NCBI GenBank assembly: GCA_016222815.1
Contig: JACRQE010000007.1
Span: 3,073 to 67,072, forward strand
Origin: Candidatus Uhrbacteria bacterium
GTDB lineage: Bacteria; Patescibacteriota; Patescibacteriia; 2-12-FULL-60-25
Direction: 5' to 3'
Length of the DNA: 64,000 nucleotides
Below the pieces are notes generated by a model that ran no database searches, was not told the DNA's origin, and saw only the letters and a list, made by a program, of their open reading frames with translations. This document shows, one piece after another, positions 10,895-20,064 of this stretch (its first letter is position 1; each line of letters opens with the position of its first letter). The translations under genes and the position numbers were made by a program.

Positions 10895-11467
10895 TTATCT
10901 GATCTTGGCTAAGTCGTATCTGATCTCTTCCAGCTTACGTAGGTGCTGTCTTGCTTGATCGATCTTATTCCTCAAATTTCCCGTAGCATCCAGCGACAAC
11001 AAAAACTCGACCATGCCTTCGGATATCCCATAAAGTTCGTCCACCTTTTCGGCATCATGCTCGATTGCCGCTTTCGTGGCTAAACGCACGAATTCGCCGA
11101 TCAAATCCGATAAACCTCCGATGAGGATGTCCGGCTCGTCCGTGATGCGCTGCGGCGGAAACAGGTCCTTGCCCTTTATGGCTTTGTCGAAAAAACAAGC
11201 TTCGCAATATTCCTCCAATGAAGCCCGCCACATCCCTTCGTTATTCAACCGCGGCTGTTTTTTTATCAAAGACAATCCTTTTGCCAGCGCTTCCTCGGCT
11301 TCGACCAGAAGCTTATCAGATTTATCGACTTCACCTCTTTGCAACGCAAAAATGGATTGTTTTGAGTTCCTTTGGGCCAACTGGCTCAACTCCTGGAGTT
11401 TCCTGCGGTCAGTATTTATCGCGGCGTAACGCGAGGCCAACGATTTCAGCGCGACTTGGGTTTTCAT
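10895..11467 (-). CDS. Translin/TRAX-family protein
   Basis: SKQSIFALQRG, EEYCEA, GLSDLIGE, LRNKID motifs match the translin pattern. Confidence 0.8.
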   Translation of the reverse strand: MKTQVALKSLASRYAAINTDRRKLQELSQLAQRNSKQSIFALQRGEVDKSDKLLVEAEEALAKGLSLIKKQPRLNNEGMWRASLEEYCEACFFDKAIKGKDLFPPQRITDEPDILIGGLSDLIGEFVRLATKAAIEHDAEKVDELYGISEGMVEFLLSLDATGNLRNKIDQARQHLRKLEEIRYDLAKIR

Positions 11468-11472
11468 GTTGA

Positions 11473-12606
11473 TTATTTGGTATGGATTAGCGAGTAATAA
11501 AGCGCTTCAGTCCGGTTGACCACCGAATTCCATGAATAGAGCCGCATCGCCACTTCGCGTGCCCGCTGGCCGCGCTCACGCACGATCTTGGGGTCATTGA
11601 CCAGCCATTGCAAAGTGTCGCGCAACGCTCCGATATCCCCGACTTTATACGCAACACCTGAATGGTCTATGAGTTCCAAATTCTCCGGGATGTCGCTCAT
11701 CACGACCAAACGGCCGTACGACATGGTTTCCAGGATGGAAAACGCCAAACCCTCACTGCGCGAAGCATGGATGAGGGCATAGGCGTTAGCCGTAAGCTGT
11801 TTCAGCGTTTCTCCCGTCTGCTTTCCGGTGAATACTATCCGCGGATCTCCGTGCGCCAATTTACGGATATATTCCTCGTAATCCTGCTCCTTCCTGTTTT
11901 TGGCCGAAAAACCCACGATCGCCAGCTTCATATCCGTCTCGACCAGCCTGAACGCCCTGATCGCATCATCGATGGCTTTATGCGGGATGAAACGGCATAG
12001 CGTGAAAAAATACTTATTCGGTTCTAACCCGAACAGTTTCAGGTCTTCGTGGCCAACATCGGCCGAGGGGATATCCACCCCGTTCGGGATGTACCAGGCG
12101 AATCGTTTGAATTTACTTCGGCATAGGATCTGGATGGAATGCGAAACTGCAATCGTCGCATCCGGAAAAACAACCGAGGTCCATTCGCCCAAAGCCAAAT
12201 ACATCTTCGCGAACCAGCCCCACTTCTCATGGAATCGGTCGCGGCTATGGAACGTGACCACGACCTTTGCTCTTGGCTTGAAAAACCTCGGTATCCAGGA
12301 CAAGGTGGACGGCCCTACTCCGTGGTAATGGACGATGTCGGCCCGACGGAACAAGACGTGGACCGAAGAAAGGAGCGTGTGCGTGATGGTATCCAGATTC
12401 TTGCTCCGGATGGTCGGCAGAGTAATCAACCTTACGCCCTTATAGAACTTCAATCGACGCGGATTAGCATACGGCCGCACATAAACCGTGACCTTATGGC
12501 CTCGTCCGACTAGTCGCGTAGCCAGCTCTTCGACATGCGTCTCAATACCGCCGCCTAGCGACAAGGCGGCTGGAATACCCTTGCATCCGATGATCGAGAT
12601 ACGCAT
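11473..12606 (-). CDS. Glycosyltransferase family 4
   Basis: GGIETHVEEL, SRSEGLAFSILETMSYG, SDIPEN; start MRISIIG at 12606 (upstream ORF extension is antisense to the tRNA). Confidence 0.93.
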   Translation of the reverse strand: MRISIIGCKGIPAALSLGGGIETHVEELATRLVGRGHKVTVYVRPYANPRRLKFYKGVRLITLPTIRSKNLDTITHTLLSSVHVLFRRADIVHYHGVGPSTLSWIPRFFKPRAKVVVTFHSRDRFHEKWGWFAKMYLALGEWTSVVFPDATIAVSHSIQILCRSKFKRFAWYIPNGVDIPSADVGHEDLKLFGLEPNKYFFTLCRFIPHKAIDDAIRAFRLVETDMKLAIVGFSAKNRKEQDYEEYIRKLAHGDPRIVFTGKQTGETLKQLTANAYALIHASRSEGLAFSILETMSYGRLVVMSDIPENLELIDHSGVAYKVGDIGALRDTLQWLVNDPKIVRERGQRAREVAMRLYSWNSVVNRTEALYYSLIHTK

Positions 12607-12672
12607 CTTGATTAATTTACGTGATTCTTGTATTATCTTAGCACGAAAATAGACCTCAGTCACGTCAATGCA

Positions 12673-12710
12673 GGTCATCCTAAGCGGAGTCTGACGGAGT
12701 CGAAAGACCT
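12673..12710. repeat. Degenerate copy of the GTCATCCT...GAA(G/A)GACCT palindromic family
   Basis: GGTCATCCTAAGCGGAGTCTGACGGAGTCGAAAGACCT, 9 nt upstream of the tRNA. Confidence 0.6.
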
Positions 12711-12719
12711 TTAAAGCTT

Positions 12720-12794
12720 GCGCCTGTAGCTCAGTGGTAGAGCAGTGGCCTTTTAAGCCAACGGTCGTGGGTTCGATCCCCACCGGGCGCACCA
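12720..12794 (+). tRNA. tRNA-Lys (anticodon TTT)
   Basis: Acceptor GCGCCTG/CGGGCGC, D arm GCTC/GAGC, anticodon loop CTTTTAA, T arm GTGGG-TTCGATC-CCCAC, encoded CCA. Confidence 0.96.
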
Positions 12795-12831
12795 AACAAA
12801 AAGCTCCGCTTCTGCGGGGCTTTTTGTTTGG
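12792..12831 (+). terminator. Intrinsic terminator after tRNA (possibly bidirectional)
   Basis: CCAAACAAAAAGCTCCGC-TTCT-GCGGGGCTTTTTGTTTGG. Confidence 0.8.
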
Positions 12832-12840
12832 TAAAATATG

Positions 12841-12869
12841 GAAAGCGGCACCATTTTTGGGGTGCCGCT
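12841..12869 (-). terminator. Terminator of orphan cassette A
   Basis: Minus strand AGCGGCACC-N8-GGTGCCGCT followed by TTC. Confidence 0.6.
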
Positions 12870-12882
12870 GGAGCGGAGGGCG

Positions 12883-13185
12883 TCAGCTCAGGTGATTCGG
12901 GACCTTACGCGCAGCTTTGATCTTCTTCGCTTTGCGCTGCAGGATGGCGTTGACCGTCGGCTTGATCTCGAGCTGGACAAGCCGACGCTTATCCGGGGTG
13001 AGGCTCGCGATGAGCTCGTCGTCGCAGAGCAGCTTGACGAAGTCCGCCAGCTCATCCGGGGTGAAGCTCTGTTTCGCCAAGCAGCGTTCGACATAGTCGT
13101 TCAGACGCTCGAGCGGAAAGCCTTCAGTCGGCGGACAGATGACACGCGATTCACTGCTCTGGGTGTAGCTGACTTTGTTGGCCAT
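12883..13185 (-). CDS. Hypothetical protein (100 aa, orphan cassette A)
   Basis: ATG preceded by GGAG, own promoter and terminator; no family recognised. Confidence 0.65.
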   Translation of the reverse strand: MANKVSYTQSSESRVICPPTEGFPLERLNDYVERCLAKQSFTPDELADFVKLLCDDELIASLTPDKRRLVQLEIKPTVNAILQRKAKKIKAARKVPNHLS

Positions 13186-13215
13186 TCGTAAATCTCCGGG
13201 TGAAAGAACCCGGTG

Positions 13216-13244
13216 AAAATACAACATTTTAGGCGTTTTGTCAA
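13216..13244 (-). promoter_or_regulatory. Promoter of cassette A
   Basis: TTGACA-17 nt-TATTTT. Confidence 0.65.
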
Positions 13245-13251
13245 TTCTCGC

Positions 13252-14340
13252 CTAACGGTCAATCAACCCCAGCCATCTTTCTGCCAATTCCCTTCCGTCA
13301 TCCGTAGGCAGTTTCTGTCGTAAGCTCCGGCCCAGTTTTTCGCGAGTCGAACTGTCGTCCAAAAGCCTCGATATCTGTTGTTTCAGGTTTTCCGCAAAAC
13401 CCGTCCCCTGATGCACGCTCACGATGGAATCGCCCAAAGCTCTTATGTTTTCCTCTTGCGGGCTGTTTGGTAAAGGAATCGCGATTGTCGGTTTTCCCAA
13501 AGATGCCAATTCGGACAATGCGCCGAAACCGGCTCTCGATACAACCAGGTCCGAAGCGCAATATGCGTTCAACATCTGGATTTCGTTGAAGAACTCATAC
13601 GGTCTGTAACCGTCCCTAGCAAGCGTATCCCCCATCTTCCCCTTACCGGTCAGATGGATTACCTGCGTTTTTTCCGGCAAACCGTCCAATATGCCCGCTA
13701 TAGCCTCGTTGAGTGAAATAGCTCCCGTCCCTCCGCCGGTCACGAAAACGATCGGTTTCTCCGGATCAAATCCGAATTCAGCCGCTGCCGCCTCTCTTGA
13801 CGGAGTCGGGACATTGGCGAAACGACATGGCGTAGCGACCCTGATCGCCTTCACACCTCCGAATTGGGGCGAAGGATAATCGAAGGACGCGGTCAGCAAC
13901 TCGCATTTTCCGGCTACAGCTTTATTTGAAAGCAAAGGAGTGTAATCAAGCTGATGCACGGCGCATGGAATCCCCATCTTCGATGCCAGCCTGATGATCG
14001 GGACCTGCATGAAACCCCCGGCAGAAAATACCGCTTTGGGCATGATTCCTTCCAAAAGACGCTTGGCTTCAGTCCTGGCTTTCAGGTAATCGAACGGGAA
14101 AGTGAACCATGACTTGTCCGGATAACGCGCTACTTTGGCCACAGGTAATGCATGGAATCCGACGCCTTCGCCCTCGACCAACGGCGCCTCCGGCCCTTGA
14201 GCCGTGCCGATCCAGGAAAATTCCAAATCCGGCCGCACTTCGCGCATCCTGCGCAATACCGCTAAGAGCGGCGTCACCGGACCCAGCGTTCCCCCGCCGC
14301 AAAACAAAACTCTATTTTTTTGTTGGTTGTTCGTTTTCAT
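13252..14340 (-). CDS. murG: MurG GlcNAc transferase
   Basis: GGGTLGPV, GGFMQVP, TGGGTGA, SRAG, PQEEN; follows ftsW. Confidence 0.93.
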   Translation of the reverse strand: MKTNNQQKNRVLFCGGGTLGPVTPLLAVLRRMREVRPDLEFSWIGTAQGPEAPLVEGEGVGFHALPVAKVARYPDKSWFTFPFDYLKARTEAKRLLEGIMPKAVFSAGGFMQVPIIRLASKMGIPCAVHQLDYTPLLSNKAVAGKCELLTASFDYPSPQFGGVKAIRVATPCRFANVPTPSREAAAAEFGFDPEKPIVFVTGGGTGAISLNEAIAGILDGLPEKTQVIHLTGKGKMGDTLARDGYRPYEFFNEIQMLNAYCASDLVVSRAGFGALSELASLGKPTIAIPLPNSPQEENIRALGDSIVSVHQGTGFAENLKQQISRLLDDSSTREKLGRSLRQKLPTDDGRELAERWLGLIDR

Positions 14341-15440
14341 ACTCTCGACTGTCTAGAGACTGAAGCCATTATCCCCATACCGATAGCCAGTGCCGCTAAC
14401 GCCGAGCTCCCATAGCTCACGAACGGAAGTGTGACGCCGGTGATAGGCATGAGTCCGATCATGGAAGATACGTTCAATATCGTCTGTACCGCAATCCAAC
14501 ATCCGATGCCCGTGGCCAAAAACCTTCCAAATACGTCAGGTGCGCCGCGCGCAATCGCCAAACAGCGGTTGACCAAAAAAGCCATAGCCACTAAAAACGC
14601 GACCATCATGAAAAATCCCAATTCTTCTGCCATGACTGCGAATATGGAATCTCCGGCGACTTCGGGCAAATACAGGTATTTCTGCCGTGAATGTCCGTAG
14701 CCGACACCGAACAATCCGCCCGAACCGATGGCCAAAAATGCCTGGTTGATGTGGTAGCCGATGCCTTGCGGATCAAGCTCCGGATGCAGGAACGTCATGA
14801 AACGCGCCGCGCGATATGGTGTGACTTTGATGAGCAGCGCTATGAGCGCGACCCCCATCATGCCTAAAGTCACGAACCATCCAATCGGCGCTCCGGCGAT
14901 GAAATATGTCAAAAGTGCTGACATGGTGATGACGGTCATCGAGCCTGTGTTCGGCTGCATGATGAGCAAACCCATCACGATGCCGAGCGCGGCCAAAAAC
15001 GGGAACAAGCCTTCCTGCAGTGTCCTGGCCTTGTTGTCATGCCGCGCAGCCAACCACGCCGCCGCGTAAACCAGGAAAGTGACTTTTACGAATTCCGAAG
15101 GTTGGAAAGATATGGGCCCCAAGTTCACCCAACGCCCGGCACCGCCGAAACGCAATCCTAGGCCCGGGACATAAACCATCACGAGCAAAACGATCGACGC
15201 CACCAGGGCGGGTATGGCCAAAGGCTGGAGTCTGCGGTAATCGATACGCGAGAAGATGAAGAACAGGAAAATCCCGGGGATGAAACCCTTGGTCAGCTGT
15301 TGTTTGAAAAAGAACCAGGTATCGCCGAAATGCTGCAACCCGAGAGGTCCGCTGGCCGATAAAAGCATGAGTAAACCGAATATGGACAAACCGGCGACAA
15401 GCGCCAAGAACTTCTTGTCTATCGGTGCGACATGCCGCAT
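14337..15440 (-). CDS. ftsW: SEDS protein FtsW
   Basis: RWV...FQPSEFVK, GSGGLFGVG, LPEVAGDSIF, LPFVSYG; between mraY and murG. Confidence 0.93.
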   Translation of the reverse strand: MRHVAPIDKKFLALVAGLSIFGLLMLLSASGPLGLQHFGDTWFFFKQQLTKGFIPGIFLFFIFSRIDYRRLQPLAIPALVASIVLLVMVYVPGLGLRFGGAGRWVNLGPISFQPSEFVKVTFLVYAAAWLAARHDNKARTLQEGLFPFLAALGIVMGLLIMQPNTGSMTVITMSALLTYFIAGAPIGWFVTLGMMGVALIALLIKVTPYRAARFMTFLHPELDPQGIGYHINQAFLAIGSGGLFGVGYGHSRQKYLYLPEVAGDSIFAVMAEELGFFMMVAFLVAMAFLVNRCLAIARGAPDVFGRFLATGIGCWIAVQTILNVSSMIGLMPITGVTLPFVSYGSSALAALAIGMGIMASVSRQSRV

Positions 15441-15443
15441 AGG

Positions 15444-16490
15444 CTACATCCGGTCCGTAAGCGCCAAAACCACGCCCACGCCTGCCGAAAACATGGAGAT
15501 GAGCCATGTCCTGAATACGATTTGCGACTCTTTCCATCCGATGGCTTGCAGATGGTGGTGCACCGGTGCGCTCAGGAACACTTTCTTCTTGCGGATTTTC
15601 TTTGAGGCGACCTGGATGATGACGGACAGCGACTCGAGCACGAACGGCAAGCCGATGATGGGCAATAACAACGGCTGATTGGTCAGCATGGCTACGACGC
15701 CTAATGCCGTGCCTAAAGACATCGCCCCGGTGTCACCCATGAAAAACGAAGCCGGTGTCACGTTGTACCAGAGAAAGGCCATCAAAGCGCCGACGATGGC
15801 CACGCAAAATACGGCCAAATCCATTTTGCCCTGGGCGAATGCGATGACCGCGTAACCTGTGAACGCGGCCATGAGCGGCCCTCCTGCTAGACCATCCAAA
15901 CCATCGGTCTCGTTGACCGAGAAAGAAGTCGCGATAATGACGATGGCGAATATCGGGATGTAAAGCCAACCCACTTCAAAATTCCCTACGAACGGAATGT
16001 GGATGAAATCCCAACCTAGTTTGGAGTAGAACCACCAAGCGCCGCCTAATGCGATAAGCGAATACGAAATAAGTCGGTGGCGCATGCGCAACCCCCCGCC
16101 TGCCGCACCGATTTTCTTAACGTTCAGATAATCATCCACCAAACCGACCATGGCCGCAGCCAGAAGCGCTCCGATGGGCAATAGCGTCTGTGACCTCGAC
16201 AGGAAATTCCAGGAACACCACGCACCGTCGATGAAAGCGCATCCGCTCGAGAGGATGAGCGTCACGACCAGGACCGTTACCCATACGACCAAACCGCCCA
16301 TGACTGGCGTGCCCGATTTATGCGCGTGCAATCCACCGGCTATCGGCGCCACTTCGGCTGACCGGATAGTCTTTCCCATGCCGTACCGCTTCAGGAGCCT
16401 GATGAGGAACGGCGCCCAAGCCATGGCCAACGCAAAACAACCGAAAGTGATGACGATCAAGCGGATGACGACGAAAGCATTCAGGTTCAT
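15444..16490 (-). CDS. mraY: Phospho-N-acetylmuramoyl-pentapeptide transferase
   Basis: KSGTPVMGG, GLVDDY, NETDGLDGLA, FMGDTG, APVHHH. Confidence 0.97.
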   Translation of the reverse strand: MNLNAFVVIRLIVITFGCFALAMAWAPFLIRLLKRYGMGKTIRSAEVAPIAGGLHAHKSGTPVMGGLVVWVTVLVVTLILSSGCAFIDGAWCSWNFLSRSQTLLPIGALLAAAMVGLVDDYLNVKKIGAAGGGLRMRHRLISYSLIALGGAWWFYSKLGWDFIHIPFVGNFEVGWLYIPIFAIVIIATSFSVNETDGLDGLAGGPLMAAFTGYAVIAFAQGKMDLAVFCVAIVGALMAFLWYNVTPASFFMGDTGAMSLGTALGVVAMLTNQPLLLPIIGLPFVLESLSVIIQVASKKIRKKKVFLSAPVHHHLQAIGWKESQIVFRTWLISMFSAGVGVVLALTDRM

Positions 16491-16496
16491 ATCGTA

Positions 16497-16524
16497 GTAC
16501 GCGGTACGAAGTACGAGGTACGAT
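16497..16524. repeat. 7-bp tandem repeat (GTACGNN)x4
   Basis: GTACGCG GTACGAA GTACGAG GTACGAT, just upstream of mraY. Confidence 0.85.
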
Positions 16525-16526
16525 TA

Positions 16527-16916
16527 TTAAAGATTAATCAAAACCAAGAAAAACAGGCCTGTACACCACAAGACCGTCAATGCGGCCGTAAACCCAACCA
16601 AAGTCTTGGCCGCAAGTTCGTCGGGCCGATATAAGCCCAAGGCGGTCAGAATGTTGATCAGGAATATGGCCATCATACCAGCCGGTAAGACCATTATCCA
16701 CTGCCACGACTGGACGCTGTCTATGCCGAGGTACACGTTGTAGTGCATCACTAAGATGCCTGAACGCCAACCCTCGGGAATCAACCTCCACAGGAAAAAC
16801 ACCGAGGCCGCGATGATGACTACACCGGTCACGATCGAAGTCCAGCGGATGAAATGGTTTTGCCAGGCGCGTTTGGCCGAAAAGCGCCAGTCGTCCAATC
16901 GCATGAAGTGTATCAA
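16527..16916 (-). CDS. Hypothetical 3-TM membrane protein
   Basis: Three hydrophobic segments with HYNVYLGID loop; start may be ATG 16904. Confidence 0.75.
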   Translation of the reverse strand: MIHFMRLDDWRFSAKRAWQNHFIRWTSIVTGVVIIAASVFFLWRLIPEGWRSGILVMHYNVYLGIDSVQSWQWIMVLPAGMMAIFLINILTALGLYRPDELAAKTLVGFTAALTVLWCTGLFFLVLINL

Positions 16917-16923
16917 GATATTA

Positions 16924-17017
16924 TGTCATCCTGAACGAAGCGTAGCGCAGTTGAAGGACCTTTTTAAAAAGATCCTTCAACTCCGTCCCGTCTGACGGGA
17001 CTCCATTCAGGACGACG
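16924..17017. repeat. Inverted doublet of the (T/C)GTC(A/G)TCCTGA...TTGAAGGA(C/T)CT family
   Basis: Left arm TGTCATCCTGAAC...GTTGAAGGACCT; right arm is the reverse complement of CGTCGTCCTGAAT...GTTGAAGGATCT; joined by a TTTTAAAA spacer. Confidence 0.8.
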
Positions 17018-17025
17018 GAATACTA

Positions 17026-17274
17026 TCATTCCACCGCCACCACCTGCTTGATCCCGGGCACCATCTCGCATAGCGTCTCCTCGATTCCCGCCTTCAAAGT
17101 CATGTCAGAAAATGGACAACCAACGCAAGCTCCTTTCAATTTGACCTCGACTTTCCCTGTTTCGCTGTCAACCGACACCAATTCCACATCCCCGCCATGC
17201 ATCTGTATGCCGTCCCGAAGCTGATCCAACACCTTTTGTACCTCTTGTGCCAAATTTTCGCTGTTTTGAGCCAT
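17026..17274 (-). CDS. NifU/NfuA-like Fe-S cluster protein
   Basis: HGGDVELV and LKGACVGCP motifs. Confidence 0.92.
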   Translation of the reverse strand: MAQNSENLAQEVQKVLDQLRDGIQMHGGDVELVSVDSETGKVEVKLKGACVGCPFSDMTLKAGIEETLCEMVPGIKQVVAVE

Positions 17275-17286
17275 ATATTACCACCC

Positions 17287-17337
17287 AATGTACCTGTCCT
17301 TCCGCGCCTTGACAAGCACCCAATTTTAGCTTAATCT
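17287..17337. promoter_or_regulatory. Divergent promoters with overlapping -35 boxes (nifU-like gene / rpmA)
   Basis: Plus: TTGACA(17309)-17-TAATCT; minus: TTGTCA(17315)-17-TACATT. Confidence 0.6.
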
Positions 17338-17388
17338 TGTGGCTATCTAAACATTATCACTTAGAGACTGATCGGCGGCCCCCTCTGG

Positions 17389-17423
17389 CTACAGCCTACC
17401 GCCTACCACCTACATCCTAACCA
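17389..17423. repeat. 7-bp tandem repeat (CTACNNC)x4-5
   Basis: CTACAGC CTACCGC CTACCAC CTACATC CTAACCA ending 1 nt before the rpmA ATG. Confidence 0.8.
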
Positions 17424-17424
17424 T

Positions 17425-17712
17425 ATGGCACATAAGAAAGCTGGCGGCAGTACTAGTAATGTCCGCGATTCCCAGGGTCAGCGCCTGGGCACAAAACTCT
17501 ACGCCGGCGAGTTCGCCAAGGTCGGCAACATCATCGTCCGCCAACGCGGCACGGCCATCCGTCCGGGATTGAACGTGCGCAAAGGCAGCGACGACACCCT
17601 CTTCGCCGTAGCCGACGGCATCGTCAAGTTCACGGAAAAAAAGGTCCGCCGCTTCACCGGAGCTTTCAAGAAGGTCAAGCTGGCAAACGTCATCCCGGCC
17701 GAGGCGAAGTAA
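17425..17712 (+). CDS. rpmA: 50S ribosomal protein L27
   Basis: [27 protein letters not shown]. Confidence 0.98.
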   Translation: MAHKKAGGSTSNVRDSQGQRLGTKLYAGEFAKVGNIIVRQRGTAIRPGLNVRKGSDDTLFAVADGIVKFTEKKVRRFTGAFKKVKLANVIPAEAK

Positions 17713-17727
17713 TCCAAACCGAGATTC

Positions 17728-17754
17728 AAAAAAGCAGCCGCACGGCTGCTTTTT
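17728..17754. terminator. Bidirectional intrinsic terminator
   Basis: AAAAAAGCAGCCG-CA-CGGCTGCTTTTT between convergent genes. Confidence 0.85.
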
Positions 17755-17769
17755 GGTTTCAACGTAGAC

Positions 17770-18360
17770 TTATCCTTCCGGTTCCTTGCCGTAGAGGACG
17801 CGATAGAGCTCTTTAGTTTCATCCGCGGTCCATCCTTCATAATGACCGCCGCCACTTTCATCCTCTGGGTCTATGGCTAGACTTAAGAAAGAATTTTCAT
17901 TATGATCTAAAAAAATTTCGAATTCATCTTCACCGAATTTTTGCAACCGGGGCATGAACCTTTCGAGTACCCTCTGCTTGACCTTCGGACTCGCGTCTTC
18001 AAGACGCATGTTCAAGGCATCGGATAGGCTCTCCTTCTTCGTTTCCGCTTTAGCTTTCTTACTCGAACCTAACTCCCTGCCATACATTACCGAAAACAGC
18101 TCTTTGATTTCTTCGCCCGACCAACCCGCATATCGTCCGCCAAAATCGGGTGAATCAGGATTCTCGGCTAATACATAAAAATCCCCTTCTAGTCGGTCGA
18201 GTTCATGCTCGATTTCATCTTCATCCATCTTTGAAAAACGTTTCAGGAACCTGTTGTTCATGGCTTCCTGAACCTTTTCGCTAGCCCAACCTGTCCTGTC
18301 TTGCATCCCCTCCAGCAATTTATTCGGCTTTTCCTTGCTTGGTCCTGCTTCGAATTTCAT
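17770..18360 (-). CDS. Acidic hypothetical protein with internal domain duplication
   Basis: Two ~80-aa repeats ending GGRYAGWSGEEIKELFSVMYG and GGHYEGWTADETKELYRVLYG. Confidence 0.8.
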   Translation of the reverse strand: MKFEAGPSKEKPNKLLEGMQDRTGWASEKVQEAMNNRFLKRFSKMDEDEIEHELDRLEGDFYVLAENPDSPDFGGRYAGWSGEEIKELFSVMYGRELGSSKKAKAETKKESLSDALNMRLEDASPKVKQRVLERFMPRLQKFGEDEFEIFLDHNENSFLSLAIDPEDESGGGHYEGWTADETKELYRVLYGKEPEG

Positions 18361-18372
18361 AGTTTTTGAATT

Positions 18373-20028
18373 CTAGCGCTTAGCCGCCGCCTTTGCAAAT
18401 CCCAGAAACAACGGATTCGGCCTGAATGGTCTTGATGTAAGCTCGGGATGGAACTGCGAGGCCATGAAGAACGAGTGGTTCTTGAGTTCGATTATCTCGG
18501 CCAGCTTCTCGTCCGGCGACATGCCCGAGAAGACTACGCCGACCTTTTCGAACTCCTTGCGATATTCCGGATTGGCTTCGTAGCGATGGCGATGGCGTTC
18601 GCGCACGATCTCCAGATCATAGAGTGCCCGCGCTTTACTCCCCTTTTTCAGCACGCACGGATATTCACCCAGGCGCATGGTGCCTCCGTAATTTTTGTCT
18701 TCCATCTTTTTCTGCTGTTCGTCCATCAAATGGATGACCGGGTGAGATGTATTCGGGTCGATTTCCGTGGTATTCGCGTCCTTCCAGCCAAGCACGTCCC
18801 TGGCGATCTCAATCAAACCCAACTGCATGCCATAGCACAATCCGAGATACGGCAGTTTATGTTCCCTAGCATATTTCATGGCCATGAGCTTACCCTCTAT
18901 GCCGCGCGCCCCGAAACCTCCGGGGATTATGATGCCGTCGAGTTTCTTCAGCGTCGTCGCGACTGTCCCCGGGTTTTTCTCGAAATCCTCGCTGTTCAGC
19001 CACACTATCTCCGGTTTGCGGCGGATTGCCCAAGCCGCGTGCTTGATTGCTTCCAAGACCGAAAGATAGGCGTCGCTCAACGTGAAATCACCTGTGGAAA
19101 AATATTTACCCACCACCCCGATTTTAATGGGTTTGGTCGATGATTTGATGTTTTTTATGAGATCTCTCCAATGCTTTCCGTCTTTTTTCGGTGCTTTCAA
19201 TCCGAGTTTGCTGACTATCCTGTCACCTACTCCTTCTTCCTCGAATTTCACCGGAACGGCGTATATCGATTCCACGTCAGGAGCCGCAATCACATCCTCG
19301 GCCGCCACATTACAGCTGATCGAAAGCTTCCTCTTCCGCGGTTCATCGATGGGGAAAGCGGATCGGCAAATTATGAAATCAGGCTGCAGACCGGCCGCAT
19401 TCAAGCTCCTCGCCGCATACTGCGTCGGCTTGGTCTTCATCTCACCGAGATTGCCTGGGACCGGAAGATAACTTACCAACGCCAGCAATACGTCCTTCGG
19501 GCTCTCAAGATGCATCATACGGCATGCTTCGAGATATAGCAGGTTCTGGTACTCGCCCACTGTGCCGCCGATTTCGACCAGCGTTACGTCCGCATCCGCA
19601 TCATTCGCCGCAGTTTTTATCCTCGAGATTATTTCGTTCGGCACATCCGGCACCCATTCGACCGTCTTGCCGTGGTAACCCATGGCCCGTTCGCGGTTGA
19701 TTATGGTCTGGAAGATACTGCCAGAAGTCATGTAATTTACGCGGCTCAAGTCTTCATCCAAGAAACGTTCATAGTTGCCGATGTCCTGATCCGTCTCCAA
19801 ACCGTCTTTTGTCACGAAAACCTCGCCGTGTTCCGTAGGATTCAAAGTCCCCGGATCCACATTCAGGTAGGGATCGATCTTCACAGCCGTGACTTTGAGG
19901 CCGCGCGCCTTGAGCAGCGCCCCCATGGACGCGACCGACACGCCTTTCCCCACCCCGCTCATGACTCCGCCAGTAACAAAAATAGTCGTTCTGCGACGAC
20001 CTTTAGTCTTCCCCCGTGGTTTGTTCAT
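18373..20028 (-). CDS. pyrG: CTP synthase
   Basis: GGVMSGVGKG, KIDPYLNVDPGT, GLCYGMQ, ERHRHRYE, QFHPE. Confidence 0.99.
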   Translation of the reverse strand: MNKPRGKTKGRRRTTIFVTGGVMSGVGKGVSVASMGALLKARGLKVTAVKIDPYLNVDPGTLNPTEHGEVFVTKDGLETDQDIGNYERFLDEDLSRVNYMTSGSIFQTIINRERAMGYHGKTVEWVPDVPNEIISRIKTAANDADADVTLVEIGGTVGEYQNLLYLEACRMMHLESPKDVLLALVSYLPVPGNLGEMKTKPTQYAARSLNAAGLQPDFIICRSAFPIDEPRKRKLSISCNVAAEDVIAAPDVESIYAVPVKFEEEGVGDRIVSKLGLKAPKKDGKHWRDLIKNIKSSTKPIKIGVVGKYFSTGDFTLSDAYLSVLEAIKHAAWAIRRKPEIVWLNSEDFEKNPGTVATTLKKLDGIIIPGGFGARGIEGKLMAMKYAREHKLPYLGLCYGMQLGLIEIARDVLGWKDANTTEIDPNTSHPVIHLMDEQQKKMEDKNYGGTMRLGEYPCVLKKGSKARALYDLEIVRERHRHRYEANPEYRKEFEKVGVVFSGMSPDEKLAEIIELKNHSFFMASQFHPELTSRPFRPNPLFLGFAKAAAKR

Positions 20029-20038
20029 ACGGTGCTAA

Positions 20039-20047
20039 ATTATAGCA
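20039..20047 (-). promoter_or_regulatory. Extended -10 promoter of pyrG
   Basis: TGCTATAAT, 10 nt upstream of the ATG. Confidence 0.65.
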
Positions 20048-20064
20048 CACGGACAACTCACCAG

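Noticed and set aside
11473..12795. 440-aa version of the GT4 ORF
   Set aside because: The first 62 codons are the antisense of tRNA-Lys and a repeat; GT4 motifs begin at 12606.
12720..13250. Possible island integrated at tRNA-Lys
   Set aside because: No integrase and no duplicated tRNA 3' end was seen; only one small orphan follows.
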